Positions 39,206 to 47,273 of a stretch of DNA of 64,000 nt are shown piece after piece (the stretch's first letter is position 1; every line of letters starts with the position of its first letter). Location of the stretch: positions 109,151 through 173,150 of IMG/VR virus record IMGVR_UViG_3300000976_000009; one strand, written 5' to 3'. The DNA is from a virus. The position numbers and the translations under genes are program-made. Under the pieces are notes generated by a model. It was not told where the DNA came from, ran no database searches, and saw only the letters and a list, made by a program, of their open reading frames with translations.

Positions 39206-40624
39206 ATGTTTACATTAATCGGAATTTTAATCATTGTCTTTGCTGTCGGTATGCTTATCGCAGTAAACGTATTGCCTTTACGAAAACAGGCTCAACAAGT
39301 AGATAATGGGTATAATGGTACTAAGACCATTCCAGCACACCCAGAATTTCTAACATCATGGTCACTTAAGAGAACATTACTTACATCTTTAGTAGGTATT
39401 ATGGTTATCGCAATTAACGGAATGTTTTTTTATAATCCAGCTGGTACTGCAACGTCAGTCCAATACCTTTGGGGTGGGGATGATGCGGTTACAACTCAAG
39501 GACTTAAGATGAAATTGTGGGGTAAGACAATCCCAATCTCATTTGAAATTGCAATGCAAGATGTCATCTTAGGTAGTGGTGAATCATTACCAGAAGAAGA
39601 GGGTATTTATTACAGACAAGGGCAACGTAGAGAATTTGCAGATGCGATTAAAGCAGATATCGCTGCATCATTGGTTATATCAGTTGATTATGAGAATGAG
39701 GAATTATTCTTAGATATGGCGGATAAAAACAGGTCAGAGCAAAAATTAGTTTATGCCCGTATATACCCAGTATATGACCAAGCATTAAAGAATACGTGTA
39801 AATTGATGGATGCACAAGATTATATTTCTGGTGCTGCACCACAATTTGATTATTATCTTAAAGACCAGATGGAGAATGGGATGTACTTAACAGAAGAGGT
39901 ATATGAAGTAGAAGAAGAAATCAACATTACTCCAAATGATACTAGTTCTACACCTAGAACAGTTGTTAAACAAAATATTAAATCTGATAAAAAGCAAAAG
40001 AAATACAGAATACGTAGAGATAAGAATGGTGACCCAATTAGGGATGCTTCTAACTCACTTAAAAGATATGGTTTGACAGTACAACAAGCCGCAGTAACAA
40101 ATATTGATTGGGAATCATCATTCGATGAGAGACTTAACTTACAGAAAGAACAAGTAGCGCAAACTCAATTAGAGAAAGCTTCTGCCGAAAAAGAATATTA
40201 TGCAACACAAAATGCTATTGCAAAAGGTGAACGTGAGAAAGCTGAGGTACAAGTTGAATGGGAAAAGCAACAATTAGAGAAAACGATTGCCGCTGAAACT
40301 AAATCTAAAGTAGCTAAATACAAGGAACAAGAGGAAATTAATTTACTTGCTGCTGAGAAGAAAAGAGCACAAAGAATTAGAGTTGCTGCTGATGCAGATG
40401 CATATGAAATTTCTAGGAAAGTATCTGCGGGTATTACACCAGAGAAGAGACTTCAAATGGAATTGGATGCAAAAGTCGAGGTGATGAAAGCACTAGCTGG
40501 ACCAGATGGTATGAAGATGCCAACCACAGTAATGTCTGGCTCAACTAACGGAAGTGGTCAAACAGGGATGTTAGAATCTATCTTAGGTGCTAAAATCTTA
40601 ACAGGTGAAATTGGTAACAAGTAA
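39206..40624 (+). CDS. SPFH/band-7-like membrane protein
   Basis: Two N-terminal TM segments, SPFH-like core, AE-rich coiled coil. Confidence 0.65.
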   Translation: MFTLIGILIIVFAVGMLIAVNVLPLRKQAQQVDNGYNGTKTIPAHPEFLTSWSLKRTLLTSLVGIMVIAINGMFFYNPAGTATSVQYLWGGDDAVTTQGLKMKLWGKTIPISFEIAMQDVILGSGESLPEEEGIYYRQGQRREFADAIKADIAASLVISVDYENEELFLDMADKNRSEQKLVYARIYPVYDQALKNTCKLMDAQDYISGAAPQFDYYLKDQMENGMYLTEEVYEVEEEINITPNDTSSTPRTVVKQNIKSDKKQKKYRIRRDKNGDPIRDASNSLKRYGLTVQQAAVTNIDWESSFDERLNLQKEQVAQTQLEKASAEKEYYATQNAIAKGEREKAEVQVEWEKQQLEKTIAAETKSKVAKYKEQEEINLLAAEKKRAQRIRVAADADAYEISRKVSAGITPEKRLQMELDAKVEVMKALAGPDGMKMPTTVMSGSTNGSGQTGMLESILGAKILTGEIGNK

Positions 40625-40697
40625 AACTAATATTTATAAATAAAAAAACCCACAGCAATTGCTGTGGGTTTTTTTATGTTTGAATATATTTATAGAT

Positions 40698-41276
40698 ATG
40701 ATGAAGATTGGTAAAATATATGAATCATTAATTAATGAAATTCAAAGTGGTGGATATAGAGCGTATCATGGAACACCTAAAGAGATAAATAAATTTGTCG
40801 ATGATTTTGTTGGTGGAGAAGATGCCCACGACCAAGAGGGACCAGGTATTTATTTCACTACTGATTTTGAGGATGCCAGTGGTTATGGGTCATACATTTA
40901 TTCAGTTAGAATAAATGGGGATAAATTTTTAGATGATGAAAATCCAGCATCTAATGTTGATGTTGAAGAATTGGTATCTCTAATTAAAATGAGTGAAGAT
41001 TGGGAAATGAATGCTCAAGATTGGGCTGAGGACCCAGAACATGGTGCTTATGAAGCAGCACATAGTGCTATCCAATATAATGATACTGAAAGAGATGTCT
41101 TCCAACAAATATGGGTCGATTTCTATAGATATAAAGCAGTTGACTATGTTAGAAATATGGTAAAATTAGGTTATGATGGGATGGTTGTTACTGGTTATAG
41201 GGACCGTGAAAACATCAAACATATTATAGTTTACAATCCATCAATAATTGAAGTTATAGATTTAGATAGAATATGA
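40698..41276 (+). CDS. ADP-ribosyltransferase-fold protein (putative)
   Basis: AYHGT..F, GPGIYFT....A..Y, GYDG, IIVYNP. Confidence 0.5.
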   Translation: MMKIGKIYESLINEIQSGGYRAYHGTPKEINKFVDDFVGGEDAHDQEGPGIYFTTDFEDASGYGSYIYSVRINGDKFLDDENPASNVDVEELVSLIKMSEDWEMNAQDWAEDPEHGAYEAAHSAIQYNDTERDVFQQIWVDFYRYKAVDYVRNMVKLGYDGMVVTGYRDRENIKHIIVYNPSIIEVIDLDRI

Positions 41277-41893
41277 AATTAAATATACTTAAAATACTAA
41301 GAGAAAAATTTATGTCAGAGGCAGAGGTTGACCCACATACTAATGACAGAATTAGGGATAGAATTATATCCATGTCTGATGAGGATTTACCTAAAGAAAT
41401 TAAAGAACAAATTTTAACAACATTTGATAAAGTAGAATCAATAGATTTCCCAAAAAAAAGAGATTATGTTGTATTTTTAGGGCAATTCCCAATTAATGTG
41501 AATTCTAAATATTATAGAGAATTCCAAGGTGGTAAGTATTATGAAATTGAGGGTTCGATAGGTAATCAATTTTGGGTAATTGTTAGAAAAAATAGTATTA
41601 ATACATTTATGTTAGCTACTAGCCACCAAACTAAGAATCCAACAAAAAATGCTGATAGATTAAATGTTGATTTTTCAATTAATGATATTGATAAATTTAG
41701 TGCTAATCTAGATAAAAGCCGAATAAAGAAAGAAAGAGTACCTATGGTACAAATTAATGGTGTTAAATGGATAGTAGATGTTGAGAATGAAACAATATAC
41801 AAAAAGAATAAACAAACCGTTAAACACAGGATTGTGGATATGATTGATAGTGTTGATGAGAAGACACAGGAAGAGATAATGAACTTTTTTTAA
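41273..41893 (+). CDS. Hypothetical protein
   Basis: ORF track. Confidence 0.6.
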   Translation: MKLNILKILREKFMSEAEVDPHTNDRIRDRIISMSDEDLPKEIKEQILTTFDKVESIDFPKKRDYVVFLGQFPINVNSKYYREFQGGKYYEIEGSIGNQFWVIVRKNSINTFMLATSHQTKNPTKNADRLNVDFSINDIDKFSANLDKSRIKKERVPMVQINGVKWIVDVENETIYKKNKQTVKHRIVDMIDSVDEKTQEEIMNFF

Positions 41894-41909
41894 AAAAAAC
41901 ACTAAATTG

Positions 41910-41941
41910 TTTGGACAATTGAAATATCTTTACTATATTTG
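41910..41941 (+). promoter_or_regulatory. Bacteroidota-type promoter for the ncRNA-tRNA(CUA)-pth2 unit
   Basis: TTTG-N20-TATATTTG. Confidence 0.7.
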
Positions 41942-41944
41942 TAA

Positions 41945-42072
41945 TGTGTTTGAGAGAGGTACAAATCACTAGGATGCCAAATTCCTGTCGCTAGTGGTCG
42001 TCTTCTTATGAAGCTCATAGGTCCGCAAGACCTATTAACCCCAGAGTAAAGGATTGTGACGGGTTAAACACA
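41945..42072 (+). ncRNA. Unknown structured RNA (about 128 nt)
   Basis: Ends pair (TGTGTTTGA/TTAAACACA); hairpins CACTAG/CTAGTG and ATAGGTC-CGCAA-GACCTAT; begins at the predicted TSS. Confidence 0.5.
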
Positions 42073-42076
42073 AACT

Positions 42077-42157
42077 GGGAATAGAATGAATTGTACACGG
42101 CTAGTACGAGTCAGCCTCTAAAACTGATAATATGTGGTTCGAGTCCACCTATTCTCA
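42077..42157 (+). tRNA. Atypical amber-suppressor-type tRNA (anticodon CTA)
   Basis: GGGAATA/TATTCTC-A, 9-nt connector, GTAC/GTAC D-stem, TCAGC-CTCTAAA-ACTGA (CTA at 42118-20), GTGG-TTCGAGT-CCAC. Confidence 0.7.
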
Positions 42158-42183
42158 CTAATTAAAAACAAAAAACAAAAGTT

Positions 42184-42540
42184 ATGAACACTTAGATTAG
42201 TACAACAGAAAAATTAAGAGTAGTTTCAAGAAGAGACTTACACATTGGCGTTCAAGCCACACAAGCTGGTCATGCAGCAATTCAATTTCAACATGAACAT
42301 TCAGATAAAGCCTCAGCGTGGTATAATATTTCAAACCACTTAGGATTCTTAGCTGCAAAAGACGAGCAAGAATTAAAAGAGCTCATTCAAAGAGCCGAGA
42401 AAAGAGGACTTAATATTTCAATTTTTAGAGAACCAGACTTAGATAACGTTATTACGGCAGTAGCTATTGAAGCTTCGGACGATGGTAGACGTATTACTAG
42501 TCAGTATCCATTATTAGGGAAGGGGGTGGTCTCATGCTAA
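42184..42540 (+). CDS. Pth2-like peptidyl-tRNA hydrolase with an in-frame TAG at codon 4 (not in ORF track)
   Basis: MNT*ISTTEKLRVVSRRDLHIGVQATQAGHAA...W...L.AKDEQEL..L...FREPDLDNVITAVAI...YPLL; no other ATG in frame. Confidence 0.78.
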
Positions 42541-42797
42541 TAATGGATGATACAAAGAAAAGGGAAATTATCTTTCACTTTAACAAGAAACATTTAGAAG
42601 ACCCAACGATTCCAATGTGGGTGATTAAACACAAGGGTGTGAGCCACTATGTTAATCACATAGACGTGGACTCTGGAGTCGGTTTCACAACCAAAGAGAC
42701 TCCAGATAACCCACGAACAAAGGGTAGTTTAAAATTTAAAGGAAAATTGAAGATTAGTGTTGACAATGGTGATATCCTAGCGTATATTTATTCATAA
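42534..42797 (+). CDS. Hypothetical protein
   Basis: ORF track. Confidence 0.55.
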   Translation: MLIMDDTKKREIIFHFNKKHLEDPTIPMWVIKHKGVSHYVNHIDVDSGVGFTTKETPDNPRTKGSLKFKGKLKISVDNGDILAYIYS

Positions 42798-42808
42798 ACA
42801 GAAATATT

Positions 42809-43033
42809 ATGGAAAATGAGAAAACGTTAGGTGAGAGCCGAGTAAAGATTGATTTCAATACAACAAATGATTCGTTGGTTGACCAAATTAAAAGAAAGTC
42901 AGCAGAACTGATTGACCTTTGTGAAGAAATTAGAGCTAATGGTTCAAGTGAAAAACAAAGGGTATTATCTTTAGCACAAACTGGGTATGAGGATGCTTGC
43001 ATGTGGGCTGTTAAAGGAAACTTCACTGATTAA
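42809..43033 (+). CDS. Small protein with Acb2/Tad1-like hairpin motif (tentative)
   Basis: R.LSLAQT.YEDACMWAVKG resembles the EEA.MWA.K motif of phage cyclic-nucleotide sponge-like hairpin proteins; by-eye similarity only. Confidence 0.4.
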   Translation: MENEKTLGESRVKIDFNTTNDSLVDQIKRKSAELIDLCEEIRANGSSEKQRVLSLAQTGYEDACMWAVKGNFTD

Positions 43034-43045
43034 TCAGTGAGGAAT

Positions 43046-43117
43046 GGTCGGGTGCTCCGAGTGGCTAGGGACAACTCCGCAAGAGTTGATAGGGATGTTC
43101 GAATCGTCCCCCGACCT
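43046..43117 (+). tRNA. tRNA-Cys(GCA), with C at position 33
   Basis: GGTCGGG/CCCGACC-T, CAACT-CCGCAAG-AGTTG. Confidence 0.8.
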
Positions 43118-43280
43118 CAAAAAAACATGTGATTAATATTTATTTTAAATAATCTTATATTATAATAGAAGTATTAAGATGGTATTTCATCTTAAAGTTC
43201 TTTTTTTTAAAGCTCCTACCAAAGTAGGAGCTTTTTTTGGTTTAAATTTGGATATTTATTATTAAATTGTTATATTTGCA

Positions 43281-44435
43281 ATGAAAGAGTTTATTAGAAA
43301 TAGAATTAGAGAAAGTCTTATTATGGAGAACAGAGTAAAATTTAGTATTCCGATACCAGCAGACATTAATGCGATAAAAGATGTGTTCGTTAAAAATGGT
43401 CACAAATTATTTGTCGTTGGTGGTGCGGTTAGGGATTCATTACTTGGCAAGTCACCAAAGGATTGGGATTTAGCTACTGATGCAGTACCAGATAAAGTAG
43501 AAGAGATGATGAAGGGTGCTGGACTTAGAACAATTCCAACAGGTAAGCAATTTGGTGTTATTAATGTTTTTACCGAAACGGATGAATACGAAATTGCAAC
43601 ATTTAGAAAGGATATTGGTTCTGGTAGAAGACCAGATGAAGTTGAATTCACAACAATAGAACAAGACGTTAAAAGGAGAGACCTTACAATTAATGCATTA
43701 TTTTTTGATATCGATACTGGCGAAGTAGTTGACCTAGTTGGTGGAATTGAGGATTTGAAAAATGGTGTTGTTAGAACTGTTGGTAAGGCTGAGGATAGAT
43801 TTGGTGAGGATAGACTTAGAATACTTAGAGCAATTAGATTTGCTGGAAGATTTGGTTCTGAACTTGACCCAGCAGTAGATAGTGCACTTAATAACGATTC
43901 TTCATTAGAAGGTGTTTCTGGTGAGAGAATTAGAGATGAATTCCTTAAGGGATTGAGAACAACTAAGTCAGTTGTACATTTCATGAGATTAAATGAGAAG
44001 TATGGATTACTAGACCAAATTTTTGATGGTCTTAATGTAAATAAGGATTTCATTGAAGAAAAAGAACCAGCGATTCAATTAGCTTGGGTATTAGTTAATA
44101 ATGAACCGACTAAATTAACTAAAGATTTGAATAAGTTAAAATACTCTTCAAATGAAATTAAAGCTGTTACATTCTTAGTGGCATTAACTGATTTCAGAGC
44201 AACGGGTGTTGTACAGTTCAAGAAACTACAAATGAAGTCTGGAGTACATTCAAATTTGATTAAGAAGTTCGCTAAGTTAATTAACTTTGATGAAACAATG
44301 CTCACAGCATTCCTTGAGTTCCAATTAAGTGTGAATGGACAAGATGCCGAGGAAGCTGGGATACCAAAAGGACCAGAGATGGGGATATGGATAAACCAGA
44401 AAGAGGTCGATAATTTTCAAGCACTACTAAATTAA
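43281..44435 (+). CDS. cca: CCA-adding tRNA nucleotidyltransferase
   Basis: VVGGAVRD, KDWDLAT, EIATFR, DVKRRDLTINA, RFGEDRLRILRAIRF, SGERIRDE; almost no tRNA here encodes CCA. Confidence 0.88.
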   Translation: MKEFIRNRIRESLIMENRVKFSIPIPADINAIKDVFVKNGHKLFVVGGAVRDSLLGKSPKDWDLATDAVPDKVEEMMKGAGLRTIPTGKQFGVINVFTETDEYEIATFRKDIGSGRRPDEVEFTTIEQDVKRRDLTINALFFDIDTGEVVDLVGGIEDLKNGVVRTVGKAEDRFGEDRLRILRAIRFAGRFGSELDPAVDSALNNDSSLEGVSGERIRDEFLKGLRTTKSVVHFMRLNEKYGLLDQIFDGLNVNKDFIEEKEPAIQLAWVLVNNEPTKLTKDLNKLKYSSNEIKAVTFLVALTDFRATGVVQFKKLQMKSGVHSNLIKKFAKLINFDETMLTAFLEFQLSVNGQDAEEAGIPKGPEMGIWINQKEVDNFQALLN

Positions 44436-44486
44436 TAAAAAAGGTTATCTATTGCAGATAACCTTTTTTTTGTATAAATTTGTTGT

Positions 44487-45119
44487 ATGACATGTATAGT
44501 AGGTTATATTGAAAAAGAAAAAGTAATCATCGGTGGCGATAGTGCTGGAGTCGGTGGTTTATCAATCCATATTAGAAGAGACCCTAAAGTATTTAAAACT
44601 GGTCCATTCATAATGGGATTCACATCAAGTTTTAGAATGGGACAATTATTAATGTCCTCAGACTTTAAACCACCCAAGCAGAAAAAAGGGCAATCGGACT
44701 ATGACTTTATGGTAACATCTTTTATCGATGCAGTAAAAGATTGCTTCAAGAAAGGTGGGTACTCACAAAGATATAAAGACGGTGATGATAAGGGTGGAAC
44801 ATTCTTAGTTGGATATAAAGGTGAGCTTTATATGATTGAGAGTGATTATCAAGTAGCAATGACTCATGATAAATATATGGCAGTTGGATGTGGAGAAGAG
44901 TTAGCTGAGGGTGCAATGTATGCAATGGATAATTGTGATATAATCCACCCAAAAGACCCTAAAAAAATAATGACCGTTGCGCTAGAAGCAGCCGCACATT
45001 TCTCTGGTGGTGTCGAAGGACCATTTAATTTTGTGTCAATGACAAAAAAAGAATCTGTTTCGGAAGCCACTAAAATCAAAGAAAAAACGGTGAAAGTTAA
45101 AAAAAATAAAAATAATTAA
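44487..45119 (+). CDS. Ntn-hydrolase / HslV-proteasome beta-like peptidase
   Basis: M-TCIVG..IIGGDS, KVF, AVGCG...A.GAM. Confidence 0.7.
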   Translation: MTCIVGYIEKEKVIIGGDSAGVGGLSIHIRRDPKVFKTGPFIMGFTSSFRMGQLLMSSDFKPPKQKKGQSDYDFMVTSFIDAVKDCFKKGGYSQRYKDGDDKGGTFLVGYKGELYMIESDYQVAMTHDKYMAVGCGEELAEGAMYAMDNCDIIHPKDPKKIMTVALEAAAHFSGGVEGPFNFVSMTKKESVSEATKIKEKTVKVKKNKNN

Positions 45120-45128
45120 CAAAAAAGC

Positions 45129-45158
45129 TTGCTAATTAAAAAACTTTTAGTATCTTTG
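45129..45158 (+). promoter_or_regulatory. Bacteroidota-type promoter of the tRNA array
   Basis: TTG-N19-TATCTTTG. Confidence 0.7.
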
Positions 45159-45201
45159 TAATAGTTATTTTCGATTAATTGGAGACGTAATAGTTACCAA
45201 A

Positions 45202-45298
45202 ATAGTCAAGGTATGTTTAATGAAGAAGAAGGGTAAAACCTTCAATTTATAAGAAACTAAAAAAGCCTTGACTATCCAGTCAAGGCTTTTTTTTTTTT
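45202..45298 (+). promoter_or_regulatory. Putative attenuator (antiterminator / mini-ORF / terminator)
   Basis: ATAGTCAAGGT (45202-12) is complementary to the left arm of terminator GCCTTGACT-ATCC-AGTCAAGGC-T12; mini-ORF MFNEEEG* at 45213-45236. Confidence 0.6.
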
Positions 45299-45316
45299 AT
45301 GTAAAATAATTAGCTT

Positions 45317-45490
45317 ATGGAAGAGGGAGAATTAGTTAGGAAACTAGGAAGTGAAAAGCTACAGGACTTTAAACACAATTTTGATAAAGTCGTTGATAAA
45401 TACAGAGCGATTGCTAGAGCAACAGGATACGAAGGTGAGTTGGTTTTTAAAAAAGAACATGGAAAGATGTTGGTATTTGTTAAATTGTAA
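45317..45490 (+). CDS. Small hypothetical protein (57 aa, not in ORF track)
   Basis: MEEGELVRKLG...VFVKL*. Confidence 0.5.
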   Translation: MEEGELVRKLGSEKLQDFKHNFDKVVDKYRAIARATGYEGELVFKKEHGKMLVFVKL

Positions 45491-45493
45491 TAT

Positions 45494-45581
45494 GGTGTTT
45501 GAATCGGATATTGGTTAGCCGAGCTTGACTGTGAATCAAGTAGAAGTAATTCTTGTGCGGGTTCGATTCCCGTCTTTCACC
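45494..45581 (+). tRNA. tRNA-His(GTG), atypical (long variable arm, three U.U pairs in the acceptor)
   Basis: G-1/C73, CTTGA-CTGTGAA-TCAAG. Confidence 0.7.
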
Positions 45582-45630
45582 CAAAACTCTTTGAAAGAGT
45601 ATAAAGTTCTTTGAAATCTTGGTATAACAC

Positions 45631-45709
45631 ACAGGTGCTTACATTGGCGGGTTAAGCGGTCTCCAAAACCGTAGCTTAGGCTCTGCTGGTTCGACTCCAG
45701 CCATCTGTG
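45631..45709 (+). tRNA. tRNA-Trp(CCA), atypical with variable-arm hairpin
   Basis: ACAGGTG/CATCTGT-G, GCGGT-CTCCAAA-ACCGT. Confidence 0.75.
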
Positions 45710-45715
45710 CAATAT

Positions 45716-45788
45716 ACGTCTATGGTAGTAATGGCTAACACATCGGGTTCCAACCCCGAAGTTCTGGGTTCGAATCCTAGTAGGCGTG
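45716..45788 (+). tRNA. tRNA-Trp(CCA)
   Basis: TCGGG-TTCCAAC-CCCGA, G73. Confidence 0.8.
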
Positions 45789-45793
45789 CAAAT

Positions 45794-45885
45794 GGAGAGA
45801 TGAGCCGAAAGATTCTGGGTAACGGTCCTCGTCTTGAAAACGAGTTGCCCGAAAGGGTGTGTGGGTTCGAATCCCACTCTCTCCG
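45794..45885 (+). tRNA. tRNA-Ser(TGA)
   Basis: CTCGT-CTTGAAA-ACGAG, long variable arm, G73. Confidence 0.85.
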
Positions 45886-45890
45886 CAAAT

Positions 45891-45973
45891 GGAAGGTACC
45901 GTCAAGGTGACAAACAGGGTTTGAACCTCTGGGGTACGGTAAAACGTACGGGTTTCGATTACTCTATCTTCCG
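45891..45973 (+). tRNA. tRNA-Ser(TGA)
   Basis: CAGGG-TTTGAAC-CTCTG, variable arm. Confidence 0.75.
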
Positions 45974-46031
45974 CAAAGGGTTTGGTGGTACCTATAGGAT
46001 TTAGTAACGTTCCTATTAAAACCCACCCCAC

Positions 46032-46116
46032 GGAGAGGTGACAGAGCGGCAATGTGCCAGCTTGGAAAGCTGAGGCTATCCTTCGGGATACGAGGGTTCG
46101 ACTCCCTCTCTCTCCG
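46032..46116 (+). tRNA. tRNA-Ser(GGA)
   Basis: CAGC-TTGGAAA-GCTG, variable arm. Confidence 0.85.
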
Positions 46117-46183
46117 CATATTATATGTAATTACATATAATATTATGAAAAGTATTAAAACTATATGTGAAAACATATAATAT

Positions 46184-46256
46184 GGTGACCGTGGTGTAAC
46201 GGTTAACACGACTGGTTGTGGTCCAGTTAATGGGGGTTCGATTCCCCTCGGTCACC
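46184..46256 (+). tRNA. tRNA-His(GTG)
   Basis: G-1/C73, ACTGG-TTGTGGT-CCAGT. Confidence 0.88.
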
Positions 46257-46261
46257 CAAAT

Positions 46262-46334
46262 GGACAGATAGTACTAATGGTAAAACTCTTGCCTGTTAAG
46301 CAAGTCGATGTTGGTTCGAATCCAACTCTGTCCG
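46262..46334 (+). tRNA. tRNA-Asn(GTT)
   Basis: CTTGC-CTGTTAA-GCAAG. Confidence 0.82.
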
Positions 46335-46339
46335 CATAT

Positions 46340-46411
46340 TGTCTCGTGGTGAAATGGTTATCACGCAACGCTGATAACGTTGTATTCCCAGTTCGAATCT
46401 GGGCGAGACAA
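46340..46411 (+). tRNA. tRNA-Ile(GAT)
   Basis: CAACG-CTGATAA-CGTTG. Confidence 0.85.
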
Positions 46412-46417
46412 CTAAAT

Positions 46418-46494
46418 TGTGTGGTATCCCCCGTGTCTGATGAACATGAGAAAGGTAGCGGTTGAAAACGTGGGTTCGAATCCCACTCACACAA
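46418..46494 (+). tRNA. Rearranged tRNA-Ile(GAT)-like (no D-arm at the usual position)
   Basis: TGTGTGG/TCACACA-A, CGTGT-CTGATGA-ACATG, canonical T-arm. Confidence 0.6.
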
Positions 46495-46500
46495 CTACAT

Positions 46501-46577
46501 TGGGTAGTATCCCCTCAAGCTTATATCTTGTAGAAAGGGTAATAGGTCACATGCGGGTTCGAGCCCCGTCTACCCAA
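46501..46577 (+). tRNA. Rearranged tRNA-Ile(TAT)-like (no D-arm at the usual position)
   Basis: TGGGTAG/CTACCCA-A, CAAG-CTTATAT-CTTG, TATCC/GGGTA enclosing stem. Confidence 0.6.
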
Positions 46578-46581
46578 CAAT

Positions 46582-46655
46582 GGACCTTTAGCTCAGTTGG
46601 TTAGAGCAACGCACTCATAATGCGTAGGTCGTGAGTTCGAACCTCACAGGGTCCA
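46582..46655 (+). tRNA. tRNA(CAT), Ile2- or Met-type
   Basis: ACGCA-CTCATAA-TGCGT, canonical. Confidence 0.85.
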
Positions 46656-46660
46656 CATAT

Positions 46661-46734
46661 GGATTGGAAGCTTAAGTGGCATAAGCAATCGGCTGTTAAC
46701 CGATAGACAGTGGGTTCGAATCCCACCCAATCCG
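46661..46734 (+). tRNA. tRNA-Asn(GTT)
   Basis: ATCGG-CTGTTAA-CCGAT. Confidence 0.87.
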
Positions 46735-46789
46735 CATAATACTTTACTTTTGGTGTTAGTCCTTTATATTAACAATAAATGTTAATATT

Positions 46790-47221
46790 ATGGGCAAACT
46801 ATCAGAAGAATTAATAGGAAAAATTAAGGATTATTATAATGAGGGTAATTCTTGTCAGAAGACAGCCGATAAATTCGGTGTGGGTAAAACAACGGTTAGG
46901 TCTTATGTGGATATAAGGGTTAAAAGAAAAAGAAGTGATGAGGAAATCAGAGCGGCTAGGGTTGAGGCTGTACAAAGACGTAGACATAAAGTAAAACAAA
47001 TGGCAATCGATTATAAAGGTGGTTGTTGTCAAGAATGTGGATATGATAAATATAATGGGGCTCTTGAGTTCCACCACCTAGACCCAAACGAAAAGGATTT
47101 TTCACTAGGTTATAAAGGTCATTGTACCGCATGGGAAAAAGTAAAAAAAGAATTAGATAAGTGTGTATTATTATGTTCAAATTGTCATAAAGAAGTACAC
47201 GCTAGTTTAATTAAAATATAG
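46790..47221 (+). CDS. HNH homing endonuclease-like protein with N-terminal HTH
   Basis: CQECGY..ALEFHHLDP..K....KCVLLCSNCHKEVH. Confidence 0.82.
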   Translation: MGKLSEELIGKIKDYYNEGNSCQKTADKFGVGKTTVRSYVDIRVKRKRSDEEIRAARVEAVQRRRHKVKQMAIDYKGGCCQECGYDKYNGALEFHHLDPNEKDFSLGYKGHCTAWEKVKKELDKCVLLCSNCHKEVHASLIKI

Positions 47222-47273
47222 TTTATTGGTGTGCCAAATCACCAATTAAAATAACAATTTGGCACATGAATAT

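Noticed and set aside
42077-42157. Pyrrolysine tRNA call
   Set aside because: Shares the CUCUAAA loop but lacks the 6-bp anticodon stem and short connector of tRNA-Pyl, keeps a TTC T-loop, and no pyl genes are in the window
45536-46604. ORF-track ORFs across the tRNA array on both strands
   Set aside because: They are translations of tRNA genes (GSNP/FESH patterns from T-loops)
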